Below are positions 48,295 to 56,487 of a stretch of DNA of 64,000 nucleotides, piece after piece. The stretch is from positions 15,517 to 79,516 of the forward strand of contig JBKQPJ010000019.1 of assembly GCA_052326305.1 (NCBI GenBank), given 5' to 3'. This DNA is from Thermoplasmata archaeon. GTDB lineage: Archaea > Thermoplasmatota > Thermoplasmata > Lutacidiplasmatales > UBA184. The notes under the pieces are model-generated. The model was not told the DNA's origin. It worked only from the letters and a program-made list of their open reading frames with translations, and ran no database searches. Both the position numbers and the translations under genes were made by a program. Position 1 is the stretch's first letter. Each line of letters starts with the position of its first letter.

Positions 48295-49748
48295 CCGGCA
48301 ATCCTCTGGGAAACGGAGGTCGGCTCGGGGAGCGTCAGGACCGTGCGGACCCTCGCCGGGATCTCCCCGAACGCCGAGGGGTCGAATCCGGTATCCGCTG
48401 GGCCGACCGGACGGGCCTCGGTGCCGACCACGTGCAGGTCGTAGTGCGCCCCGCTCTGGTCGACGATCTGCTTGAACTCCCCGCGGTATCCCGCGATCTG
48501 CACCCGGTCGAGCTGCTCCCGTCGGGCGGCTGGGAGGCCCTTGGCCTCGTTCCTCGACAGTCCGTCGGTCATGGAGTAGACGGTCCGGCCCACGGAGCGG
48601 TCGGCCGCGGCGAGACGGATGCTTCCCGGGTCCCCGAACGTCGCGCTCGGATCGAGGGCGGCGGCGACGGTGGTGGGGATGTCGGTCAGGCTGACCCACG
48701 CCCGGTCGCTGAGGCCGGGGCGCGCGCCGTCGGTTGGACCGGGCTTCAACCACAGCGGGACGCGGGTGATCGCCTCCTGAAGGTTCAGCCGGTGGTACAT
48801 CGATCCCCCTTCCCCGAACGCCTGGCCGTGGTCGCTGGTGAGCACCAGGAGGGTGTTCTCCCAGCGGCCGTGGGCCTTGAGGTGTCCGACGAGGGTGCGG
48901 ACCCTCTCGTCGATCACCTTCATCGACGAACGGTACCCGCGGCGGGACCACGCGAGGTCCTTCTCGGAGGGTTCGCGCTCTCCCCGCTTCCACTGCTCGG
49001 AGACCTGGGTCGTCCCCGCGTAGGAGAGCCAGTCCGCGAGGCCGATGGGGAGCCCCGCGTCGGCCAGGTACGGTTCGTGGGCCTCGAGAAGGTTCACGAA
49101 GAAGAAGATCGGCTCACCATCGAACTCGTTCAGTCCGGCGTCGAACTCCCGCTCGATCCACGAGGCGACGTGCGAGGGGGGGGACCCGACCAACTTGCCG
49201 CCGATCCGGTTGAGCGCATCGCAGAGCGGCGAGAACCGGGAGAGGGCGCGCATTCCCGCGACCCGGGCGCTGGAGGCGGTCGGGGCCTGGTCGAGGATCG
49301 CCACGATCGCGGCATCCTTGCCGTTCAGGGACGGGCAGCTCGCGTTCCGGGCGAGCACCCGCAGGAAGAACTCGCGGTCCCCGCCCCAGAGCACCTTCTC
49401 GAATCCGCGGGTGAGCCCGGTGTCGGGCTGCACGTAGCCGTTGGCGGAATAGCAGGCGGTCCGGTACCCGCGCGCTCGGAGGTACTCCGCGAGGGTCGGC
49501 GGGGTTCCGTTCAGGATGGCCCCCGTCTTGTAGTGGGCGCCGTGGTCCCACGGGTACAGGCCCGTGAAGAGGCTCGCATGGGACGGGATCGTCCAGCTTC
49601 CGGGGGCGACCGCCTTGGTGAACCGGAGGAACTCATCCTGTACGGACGAGAGGAACGGGAGCTCGCCCGCGTCCAACTGCTGGGTGAACATATCGTATCG
49701 GACGCAGTCCATCACTACGAGGACGACGTCCGGTTGACCTGTCCTCAT
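48282..49748 (-). CDS. Sulfatase-like / alkaline-phosphatase-superfamily protein
   Basis: VMDCVRYD, APGSWTIPSHASLFTG, NLLEAHEPY, TSDHGQAFGE and VPL. CTTATA upstream. Confidence 0.9.
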   Translation of the reverse strand: MRTGQPDVVLVVMDCVRYDMFTQQLDAGELPFLSSVQDEFLRFTKAVAPGSWTIPSHASLFTGLYPWDHGAHYKTGAILNGTPPTLAEYLRARGYRTACYSANGYVQPDTGLTRGFEKVLWGGDREFFLRVLARNASCPSLNGKDAAIVAILDQAPTASSARVAGMRALSRFSPLCDALNRIGGKLVGSPPSHVASWIEREFDAGLNEFDGEPIFFFVNLLEAHEPYLADAGLPIGLADWLSYAGTTQVSEQWKRGEREPSEKDLAWSRRGYRSSMKVIDERVRTLVGHLKAHGRWENTLLVLTSDHGQAFGEGGSMYHRLNLQEAITRVPLWLKPGPTDGARPGLSDRAWVSLTDIPTTVAAALDPSATFGDPGSIRLAAADRSVGRTVYSMTDGLSRNEAKGLPAARREQLDRVQIAGYRGEFKQIVDQSGAHYDLHVVGTEARPVGPADTGFDPSAFGEIPARVRTVLTLPEPTSVSQRIAGWGY

Positions 49749-49873
49749 GGCCGAGGTCGAATAGACGGAATCTGTAGCCTATAAGCGCTGTCGCCGGCGC
49801 TCCCGTGCTCCCGACCTCGGTGGGCTCGGACCCTGCCCTATCCGGTCCGAGGACCCCCGCGCGCGCCTCGTCC

Positions 49874-50290
49874 TCAGGGCGCGATGGTCCGGCCGCATCG
49901 GGGGCAGAACCCGTACTCGGGCGTGATCGACGCCCCGCACGCGGGGCAGGTCCGCACCGAGGGCGCGGATGGGACCGGAGGGGCCTGGGCCCGGAGCGGC
50001 GTCGCGGGGCCCGGAGGGGTGGGCGAGAAGGAGTACTGGCCGGGGGGGTACCCCGCGTCGGGGGGCGCCGCGGTCGACCCCTTCCCGAGCAGGCCGGTGG
50101 ACAGAAGGGCCATGCCGACGAGGATCAGCAGGACCCCGACGAGGTCCGCGCTGCCGGCCGCGTTGCAGATCGCCGTGCCGCAGGGGGGCGGCTGCGGGAC
50201 GCCAGGGATCAACCCGGACAGGAACGCGAGGAGCAGGCCGAAGAACGCGAGCCAGAAACCGACCAGGAGACGCCGTCGGTCGTATGCCAT
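49874..50290 (-). CDS. 2-TM protein with C-terminal zinc ribbon
   Basis: CPACGA...FCPRCG. Confidence 0.8.
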   Translation of the reverse strand: MAYDRRRLLVGFWLAFFGLLLAFLSGLIPGVPQPPPCGTAICNAAGSADLVGVLLILVGMALLSTGLLGKGSTAAPPDAGYPPGQYSFSPTPPGPATPLRAQAPPVPSAPSVRTCPACGASITPEYGFCPRCGRTIAP

Positions 50291-50366
50291 CCCCGCGGGG
50301 AGCGCGTGGGCGGGCTTAATCGTTCGGACGCCTCCGGCTTCCCCTCGGGAGGGCGATCAAGTGACG

Positions 50367-50717
50367 ATGGCGCGTCTCTCGATCCGGGTGAGAGCCGGGG
50401 CCTCCCGAGACGAGCTCTCTTGGGACCCCTGGCGAGCCTGTTGGGTGGTATCCTGCCGCGAGCCCGCGCTCGGAGGACGGGCCAACCGGGCGGTGGCGGG
50501 CCTGATGGCGGGGTGGCTGGGCTCCTCCCCCGGGGGGGTCCGATGGGAGCGAGCCGGCGCCTCGCGGGACAAGGTGCTCGTGGCGGACGGTCTGAGCGAA
50601 GTCGAGGCCACAGAGCGCTTGGAGCTTCACTGCACTACCGAAAGGCCGAAGCCGCGCCGCCCGCCGGGCTCCGTCCCGCCGCAGGGTGACCCGACCCGGT
50701 CCTCCCGCCCGCGGTGA
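50367..50717 (+). CDS. DUF167 (YggU-like) protein
   Basis: IRVRAGAS...EPALGGRAN...GASRDK. Confidence 0.75.
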   Translation: MARLSIRVRAGASRDELSWDPWRACWVVSCREPALGGRANRAVAGLMAGWLGSSPGGVRWERAGASRDKVLVADGLSEVEATERLELHCTTERPKPRRPPGSVPPQGDPTRSSRPR

Positions 50718-50785
50718 CCCGAGCCCCCGCCCGCCGGCGGACCGACGGGAGGGGAACGGAGAGGCCGGGCTCGGGGACCTTAAGG

Positions 50786-51190
50786 TCAGTTGGATCGCGC
50801 CCGGCGTGGGGGCGCGCCCACGAGGAGGAAGACCACCGATCCGAAGGCGAGAACGGCGATCCCCACGGCGCTCGCCCACCCCGCCGGTTCGGGCCAGGGA
50901 AGAAGCACGCCGGCAGCTATGACCGCCGCGACGACCGGGGCCACGAAGAACGCGGCCCACCGGACGACGTGCTGTCGATCGCTAAAGACCTCGGAGGAAC
51001 CCAAGCGCTCTCGTCCCTCCCGACGGCTCTTTCCGTCCACCCGGAAGGTCGCGTACTGGCGGCAGAGCGGGCAGCGCATGTACCGACTTCGCCCCAGGCG
51101 GACGGCTGTGAGCGACGTCCCGGGGACGAACTCGTAGTCGAAGGAACCGCGGCAGTGGGGGCAGGCGAGCGCGACGGTCGGCGGGCTCAT
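50786..51190 (-). CDS. Zinc-ribbon protein with 2 C-terminal TM helices
   Basis: CPHC...RLGRSRYMRCPLC. The ATG overlaps the Nudix stop. Confidence 0.75.
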   Translation of the reverse strand: MSPPTVALACPHCRGSFDYEFVPGTSLTAVRLGRSRYMRCPLCRQYATFRVDGKSRREGRERLGSSEVFSDRQHVVRWAAFFVAPVVAAVIAAGVLLPWPEPAGWASAVGIAVLAFGSVVFLLVGAPPRRARSN

Positions 51191-51882
51191 GGGCGGTCGA
51201 GGTCGCCCGCAGGGGCGGGAACGGACGTCCCCGCGGAGCCGCGTGCCTCGGCCGGGGTCGGGGCGAAGATCGGTCCGCCGACGTCGTTCTCGGGGGGAAG
51301 GCCGAAGAAATCCCGCACCACGCGACGGGTGAACCCCCAAAGGAGGTGCCCTTCGAATCGGCTCGCCGGTACCTCGAGGGGCCCTCGGCGGGTGACCGTG
51401 CGGACCGCTTCCGGGGGGTCCAGGCAGTTCCGGGGGAACCAGAAGACGTGGGCGACCTCTCGGGCGTTGAACGCCGTCGGGGCCCGACCCGCGGGGGACA
51501 GCTCGGCGGCGAAGACCGCGACCTCGAGCCCGAATCGGGGGGCCGGCCGCGTCCCCACGAACCGCAGGGGGCCTGCCAGGTCCCCCTCCGATAGGCCCAC
51601 CTCCTCGGCGAGCTCGCGGAGGGCCGTCACCCGAAGGTTCCCGTCTGTCTCATCGACCCGGCCGCCGGGCAGCGCGACCTCTCCCGACGCGGGGTCGGTG
51701 GGGCTCCTCGAACGCTCGATCAGAAGGACCTCGGCGTCGGCCACGCCCTCGCGCAGCACGACGGTCACGGCGGCCCCGGCGATCGCGACGGGCGGGTCAA
51801 GCACCGGGAACCGACCAAGCAGGTCGGCGATCGAGGATCGGGCGGGCCGGCCGGGGGACGTCGAGGGGGCCCCGCCGCTCAT
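51187..51882 (-). CDS. Nudix hydrolase, CoA pyrophosphatase-like
   Basis: SGEVALPGG...TALRELAEEVG, EVAHVF and LWGFT. Confidence 0.9.
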   Translation of the reverse strand: MSGGAPSTSPGRPARSSIADLLGRFPVLDPPVAIAGAAVTVVLREGVADAEVLLIERSRSPTDPASGEVALPGGRVDETDGNLRVTALRELAEEVGLSEGDLAGPLRFVGTRPAPRFGLEVAVFAAELSPAGRAPTAFNAREVAHVFWFPRNCLDPPEAVRTVTRRGPLEVPASRFEGHLLWGFTRRVVRDFFGLPPENDVGGPIFAPTPAEARGSAGTSVPAPAGDLDRP

Positions 51883-52052
51883 GTCTGCCAGTCGTACGTG
51901 ACCTTTCCCTGGGTGACGGAGCGGTCCGTCGGGTGCTCGGAGGCGGTGCCCACAAGCCGTTCCAGAGCCGAGAGGCGGCGGCGGAGCTCGGCGATCTCCT
52001 TGCGGAGCTGCTCGACCTCGGCCTCGAGCTCCGGAGGGAAAGAGGGGGTCAT
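51879..52052 (-). CDS. Small coiled-coil protein (57 aa)
   Basis: LEAEVEQLRKEIAELRRRLSALER...VTYDWQT. The stop overlaps the Nudix ATG. Confidence 0.65.
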   Translation of the reverse strand: MTPSFPPELEAEVEQLRKEIAELRRRLSALERLVGTASEHPTDRSVTQGKVTYDWQT

Positions 52053-52102
52053 CGGTCTCGAATCGGCGGACCGGAAGATAAGCTCGAGGATTCCCGAGCC
52101 GT

Positions 52103-52909
52103 TCAGGCGCTCGGGGAACCCTCCACGGCCGATACGAACGTTCGGATCGCGTCGGAGGTCTCCTGCGGCCGCTCCAGGGGAACCATGTGGCCGGTCTGGG
52201 GAAGGATCCGGATCTGGGCCCGGGGGATCGACTGCCGCAGGATCCGGCCGTGGGCCGGATCGATCACCGCATCGTCCATCCCCTGGACGATCAGCACCGG
52301 CAGCCCGAGCGTGCCGACTCGGTTCCGCTCGTCGAACCGGTCGATCGCGTGCGTCCAGCCGGTGACGGGTCCGAGGTCCCGCTGCCCGATCCCCTCTCGG
52401 ACCCGGTCGGCGAAATCGAGGTGGGCCTCGATCCAATCCGGGTAGTACAGGTCCTTCAGCAGCCGGAGCGCGTACGCGTCGGGTCCCTCCTTCGCGTACG
52501 TCTCGGCGAGCCGTTCGGTGATCGACCGGGTATGCGCGTCGGTGTACGCCGCCCCGCTGATCATCGTCACGCTGCGGGTGCGCCCCTTCTGGTCGAGTCC
52601 GGCGCGCAGGGCGAGGAGCGCTCCCCCGCTGAGCCCGACCCAGTGCGCCGAGGGGATCTCTTTGACGTCGAGCAGGTGCACGACGTCCCCCAGGAGCTCC
52701 TCGAGGGTGAACCGGGAACCCGGCGGCGCGGGGGTGCGCCCGTGACCCCGCAGGTCCGGGGCGAGGACGCGGAACTGGCGGGCGAGGACCGGCGTGACGG
52801 CGTTCCAGATCGTGCGGTCTCCCCCCACGCCGTGGAGCAACAGCACGACCGGGCCGGTCCCCTCGTCGTGAACGTCCAGCGGGGCTGGGGATGCGACCGG
52901 GGCAGCCAC
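52103..52909 (-). CDS. Alpha/beta hydrolase
   Basis: LLHG, DLRGHG, nucleophile GLSGG, G.DD and GHM. Confidence 0.9.
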   Translation of the reverse strand: MAAPVASPAPLDVHDEGTGPVVLLLHGVGGDRTIWNAVTPVLARQFRVLAPDLRGHGRTPAPPGSRFTLEELLGDVVHLLDVKEIPSAHWVGLSGGALLALRAGLDQKGRTRSVTMISGAAYTDAHTRSITERLAETYAKEGPDAYALRLLKDLYYPDWIEAHLDFADRVREGIGQRDLGPVTGWTHAIDRFDERNRVGTLGLPVLIVQGMDDAVIDPAHGRILRQSIPRAQIRILPQTGHMVPLERPQETSDAIRTFVSAVEGSPSA

Positions 52910-52993
52910 GTAGCGGCCGGTGTCCGGCGCCTCTTTACCTCTGCCGGGAGCCCTACGAGGGCCTAAATAGGGACCCCGGAGTAGAACCGGGCG

Positions 52994-53620
52994 ATGGCGC
53001 GCGGCGTGATGCTCATGAGCGGCGGCATCGACTCGCCGGTGGCGCTCAACTACCTGCTCCGGCAGGGACACGATCTTTTGGCCGTCCACCTGGACAACCG
53101 GCCGTTCACCGACGACTCTCCCCTCGCCAAGGTCGTCGACCACCTCACCCTGCTGCGCGAGCGGTACCACCAGCCGATCCCGATGTACCTCCTGCCGCAC
53201 GGCCCGACCCAGATCTCGCTGATGCGGAACACCGACCGGCACTTCGGCTGCGTCATGTGCCGCCGGTTCATGTGGCGGTCCGCCGAACGGATCGCGGAGC
53301 GGGAGGGCGCGACGTTCCTCGCCACGGGCGAGGCGCTGGGCCAGGTGGCGTCCCAGACGCTCTCCAACATGCGCACCGCGACCGCCTCGGTCAAGCTTCC
53401 GATCGTGCGGCCCCTCATCGGGTTCGACAAGCAGGAGATCGAGACCGTGGCGAAGGAGATCGGCACCTATGGGATCTCCATCCGCCCCGGCGTCTGCTGC
53501 CAGGCGGTGCCCGACAAGCCCGCGACCCGCTCGAACCTCGTCCAGATCCTCCGCGAAGAGGAACGCATCGACGTCGAGGACATGATCGACCAGTGCGTCC
53601 GGAACGCGGTCATCCTCTAA
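52994..53620 (+). CDS. Minimal ThiI-like PP-loop sulfurtransferase lacking the NFLD/THUMP domains
   Basis: SGGIDSPVA, CVMCRRFM, TGEALGQVASQT, RPLIGFDK.EI and CC. Only 208 aa. TAAATA upstream. Confidence 0.85.
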   Translation: MARGVMLMSGGIDSPVALNYLLRQGHDLLAVHLDNRPFTDDSPLAKVVDHLTLLRERYHQPIPMYLLPHGPTQISLMRNTDRHFGCVMCRRFMWRSAERIAEREGATFLATGEALGQVASQTLSNMRTATASVKLPIVRPLIGFDKQEIETVAKEIGTYGISIRPGVCCQAVPDKPATRSNLVQILREEERIDVEDMIDQCVRNAVIL

Positions 53621-53822
53621 CCTGAATGACCCCCCTGACCCTGCCATCGTGAGGATCCCAGATACCGCCGCGGGAGCCTGCTGATCATAGCCCGCTCTGG
53701 AGGACGTGGACCGCAGTGGCCGGCGGGACGGGCTGCGAGGGGGAGTTGGGACCTATCTCTAATCCAGGGGCTCGAACCGAAGGGTCTATCAAGGGGGTCC
53801 CAATCCGACCTCGGGCGAGCCA

Positions 53823-54443
53823 ATGGGATATCAACAGAACGTGGGGGCTCCAGGGATGGAACCTCCCGAGGCGCAGACAATCAGATCGATGCTGCACGTC
53901 GCCCGGATCCTCGCGATCATCCTCGGAATCTTGGTCCTGATCGGCGGGCTGATCTACGTGGCGGCCATCGCCTACTTCGCCAGCGTCTGTTCGACGTTCG
54001 TAGGCTACGATCCCTACTGCGGCAGCGCCATCGCCGCCGCCCTCGTCCCCGCGATCTATCTGGTGATTCTGGGAGTCGTGGCGATCTTCGTCTACATGCA
54101 GATGAGGTCGATCGAGGCGAAGGTCAATGCCCGGCAGTTCGAGGCGGCGAAGTCTCAGACCTTGATCTGGATGATTCTTGGGTTCATCTTCGGCATCATT
54201 CTCGGCGTCCTCCTGCTCATCGCTTACCTCAAGTTCGACCCTCTGATCACCTGGCAGCGGGGCCAAGCCGGAGGCGCTATGGGGTATGGCGTCCCGCCGA
54301 TGGCGGCGGCTCCCGGCATGGCGTATCCCCCTAGCGCGGGTGCCCCTCCGGCCGCGGGCCAGCGGTTCTGCTCCTCGTGCGGTTCCCCGAACGCCCCCGG
54401 CGCGCAGTTCTGCGCGAAGTGCGGCGCGGCGATGCCGCCCTAG
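53823..54443 (+). CDS. Membrane protein with C-terminal zinc ribbon
   Basis: Three TM helices, then FCSSCG...FCAKCG. Confidence 0.85.
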   Translation: MGYQQNVGAPGMEPPEAQTIRSMLHVARILAIILGILVLIGGLIYVAAIAYFASVCSTFVGYDPYCGSAIAAALVPAIYLVILGVVAIFVYMQMRSIEAKVNARQFEAAKSQTLIWMILGFIFGIILGVLLLIAYLKFDPLITWQRGQAGGAMGYGVPPMAAAPGMAYPPSAGAPPAAGQRFCSSCGSPNAPGAQFCAKCGAAMPP

Positions 54444-54533
54444 GCCTCGCGGACGCATCGGACTAGGACCGTCCCCCGACTCCTCGATCGCCCCACCTGC
54501 GCGGCGGCGAAAGCCCGGGACGGCCTGCAGACC

Positions 54534-54869
54534 GTGGCAACGACCCCGAGCCCCCCGCAGGAGCGTTATCGCACGCTTCGGCTCTGTTCGGGCGGCGGCG
54601 GCTTCGAGGCGATCCCCCGCCGGCCCGCGCGGATCGACCTGGTGCGGCTGAGGACGCGGCTCACGGCGGCGGGGATCGGCGCGGTCGACGCCCGCGTGAT
54701 GCTGATCGCCGCCTTCGAGGCGGAAGTAACGATCTCCGTGGGGGGCCGGATCCTGATCAAGACCTCCGAGGCGGCGCTCGCCGAGCAGTTGTTCGATCGG
54801 GTGCTCTCGTTGTTAGCGGACGGTTCTGCGGGGGAGCCTTCCCCCGAAGCCGGACGCCGTTCAGTTTAA
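54534..54869 (+). CDS. Small hypothetical protein resembling the C-terminal domain of long ThiF/MoeB proteins
   Basis: LC....EAIP....DL..L..RL...VTI..GGRILIKT pattern. Resemblance judged by eye. Confidence 0.55.
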   Translation: MATTPSPPQERYRTLRLCSGGGGFEAIPRRPARIDLVRLRTRLTAAGIGAVDARVMLIAAFEAEVTISVGGRILIKTSEAALAEQLFDRVLSLLADGSAGEPSPEAGRRSV

Positions 54870-54888
54870 GGGCGGTGGGCCCGTTCCG

Positions 54889-56058
54889 GTGCCGGACGGG
54901 ATCGTGCGCGAGGCGTGGGTCATCGGGGCGAGCTCGAACCGGTTCGGCAAGATGGCCGAGAGCGCCCGCGAGGCCGCTACCCGCGTCGCGATGGAAGCGA
55001 TCATTCAGTCCGGCCTCGCGCCGAAGGATATCGACCACACCTTCGTGTCGAACTGTTTCGGGATCTCCGAGCACCAGGGGTTCGTCGGCCCGCTCATCAA
55101 CAGCGGCCTCGGGATCCCCGACGTCCCGTCGGTGACGCTCGAGTCGGCCTGCTCCTCTTCCAGCGCCGCCCTCCACGAGGCATACGTACACGTCGCGGGC
55201 GGCTTCGCGAACGCCGCGCTCGTCGTCGGGGCCGAGCGGCTCTCGCACCTTGACACGCTGGCCGCGACGAGCTACTTCGCGATCGCCGCGGACTATGCGT
55301 TCGAGACGAAGAACGGCGCGACGTTCCCGGGGCTCTACGCCACGCTCGCGAGCGCCTACGCGAAGGAGTTCCCGACCCCGCCCGAGATGCTCGGGGCGAT
55401 CGCCATCAAGAACCACGCGAACGGGGCCCGGAACCCCCGCGCCCACTTCCAGAAGGAGATCTCGATGAGCACCTACCTTGCTTCGCCGATGATCGCCTCC
55501 CCCCTGCGCCTCTACGACTGCTGCCCTTTCTCGGACGGGGCGGCGGCCCTGGTCGTGGCCGCCAAGGAGTTCGTGAGGTCGCCGGTCACCGAGCCGCTCG
55601 TCATCCGGGCGTCGGCGCGGGCGGGGGCCGTGACCGACATGCAGGATCGCCCGGACCTGCTCGGCCTCCCCTCGACGCGGACCGCCGCGCAGAAGGCGTT
55701 CCGACAGGCCGGGATCGAACGGTCGAAGATCGACTTCCTCGAGGTGCACGACTGCTTCACGATCGCCGAGGCGCTGGCGCTCGAGGACCTCGGGTTCTTC
55801 CCGAAGGGCCAGGGGGCGCGGCAGGCCGCCGACGGGGTCACCGTGCGGGACGGGAAGCTCCCCGTCAACCCATCGGGCGGTTTGAAGGCCAAGGGCCACC
55901 CCGTGAGCGCGACCGGCGCCGCGCAGGTCGTCGAGGTGTTCGAGCAGTTCAACGGCCTCGCGAAGGGCCGCGAGGTCCCCCGGACGGAGACGGCCCTGAC
56001 CCACAACGTCGGGGCGACCGGGGGCTCCTGCTCCGTCCACATCTTTTCCCGGCGGTAA
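54889..56058 (+). CDS. Thiolase (SCP2-type/archaeal)
   Basis: ESACSSS, EVHDCFT, VNPSGGL..KGHP..ATG and THNVG. Confidence 0.93.
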   Translation: MPDGIVREAWVIGASSNRFGKMAESAREAATRVAMEAIIQSGLAPKDIDHTFVSNCFGISEHQGFVGPLINSGLGIPDVPSVTLESACSSSSAALHEAYVHVAGGFANAALVVGAERLSHLDTLAATSYFAIAADYAFETKNGATFPGLYATLASAYAKEFPTPPEMLGAIAIKNHANGARNPRAHFQKEISMSTYLASPMIASPLRLYDCCPFSDGAAALVVAAKEFVRSPVTEPLVIRASARAGAVTDMQDRPDLLGLPSTRTAAQKAFRQAGIERSKIDFLEVHDCFTIAEALALEDLGFFPKGQGARQAADGVTVRDGKLPVNPSGGLKAKGHPVSATGAAQVVEVFEQFNGLAKGREVPRTETALTHNVGATGGSCSVHIFSRR

Positions 56059-56064
56059 GGGGGA

Positions 56065-56481
56065 TCGACCGCGTCCGACCCCGTCCCCACCGCTCCGCAC
56101 TCGATCGAGGAGTTCGTCCGCGGCTACGAGGACGGCGGCGTCCTCCGCGGGTTCCGCTGTCCCCGCTGCCACCATCTGAGCGCGACGTGGGGCCTCGCGT
56201 GCTCCCGGTGCGGCGCTTTCGGGCTCGAGGAAGCGGCGCTCGCGCCGACGGGGAGGGTCGTGGCGCTCACCGTGCTCTCCGTCCCCGGGGAGGAGCTCGT
56301 GAACGAGGCGCCGTACGCCTACGTCGTCGTCGAGCTCGACGGGGGCGGTCGGGTCACCGGCTGGATGCCCTCGGTCCGCTCGGACGCGGACGTGGCGCTC
56401 GGGGACCGGGTCCGCTTCGTGCCGAGCTACAAGCCGGGGGTCCAGTTCGTCCGGGAGCCGGCGGAACCCCAAGGAGGGTAG
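56065..56481 (+). CDS. DUF35 zinc-ribbon/OB-fold thiolase partner (start codon anomalous)
   Basis: LRGFRCPRC...CSRCG, GRVVALT, APY...VVEL and GDRV. In frame with the thiolase, with no ATG/GTG/TTG before the zinc ribbon. Confidence 0.85.
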   Translation, partial: STASDPVPTAPHSIEEFVRGYEDGGVLRGFRCPRCHHLSATWGLACSRCGAFGLEEAALAPTGRVVALTVLSVPGEELVNEAPYAYVVVELDGGGRVTGWMPSVRSDADVALGDRVRFVPSYKPGVQFVREPAEPQGG

Positions 56482-56487
56482 CGGGGC

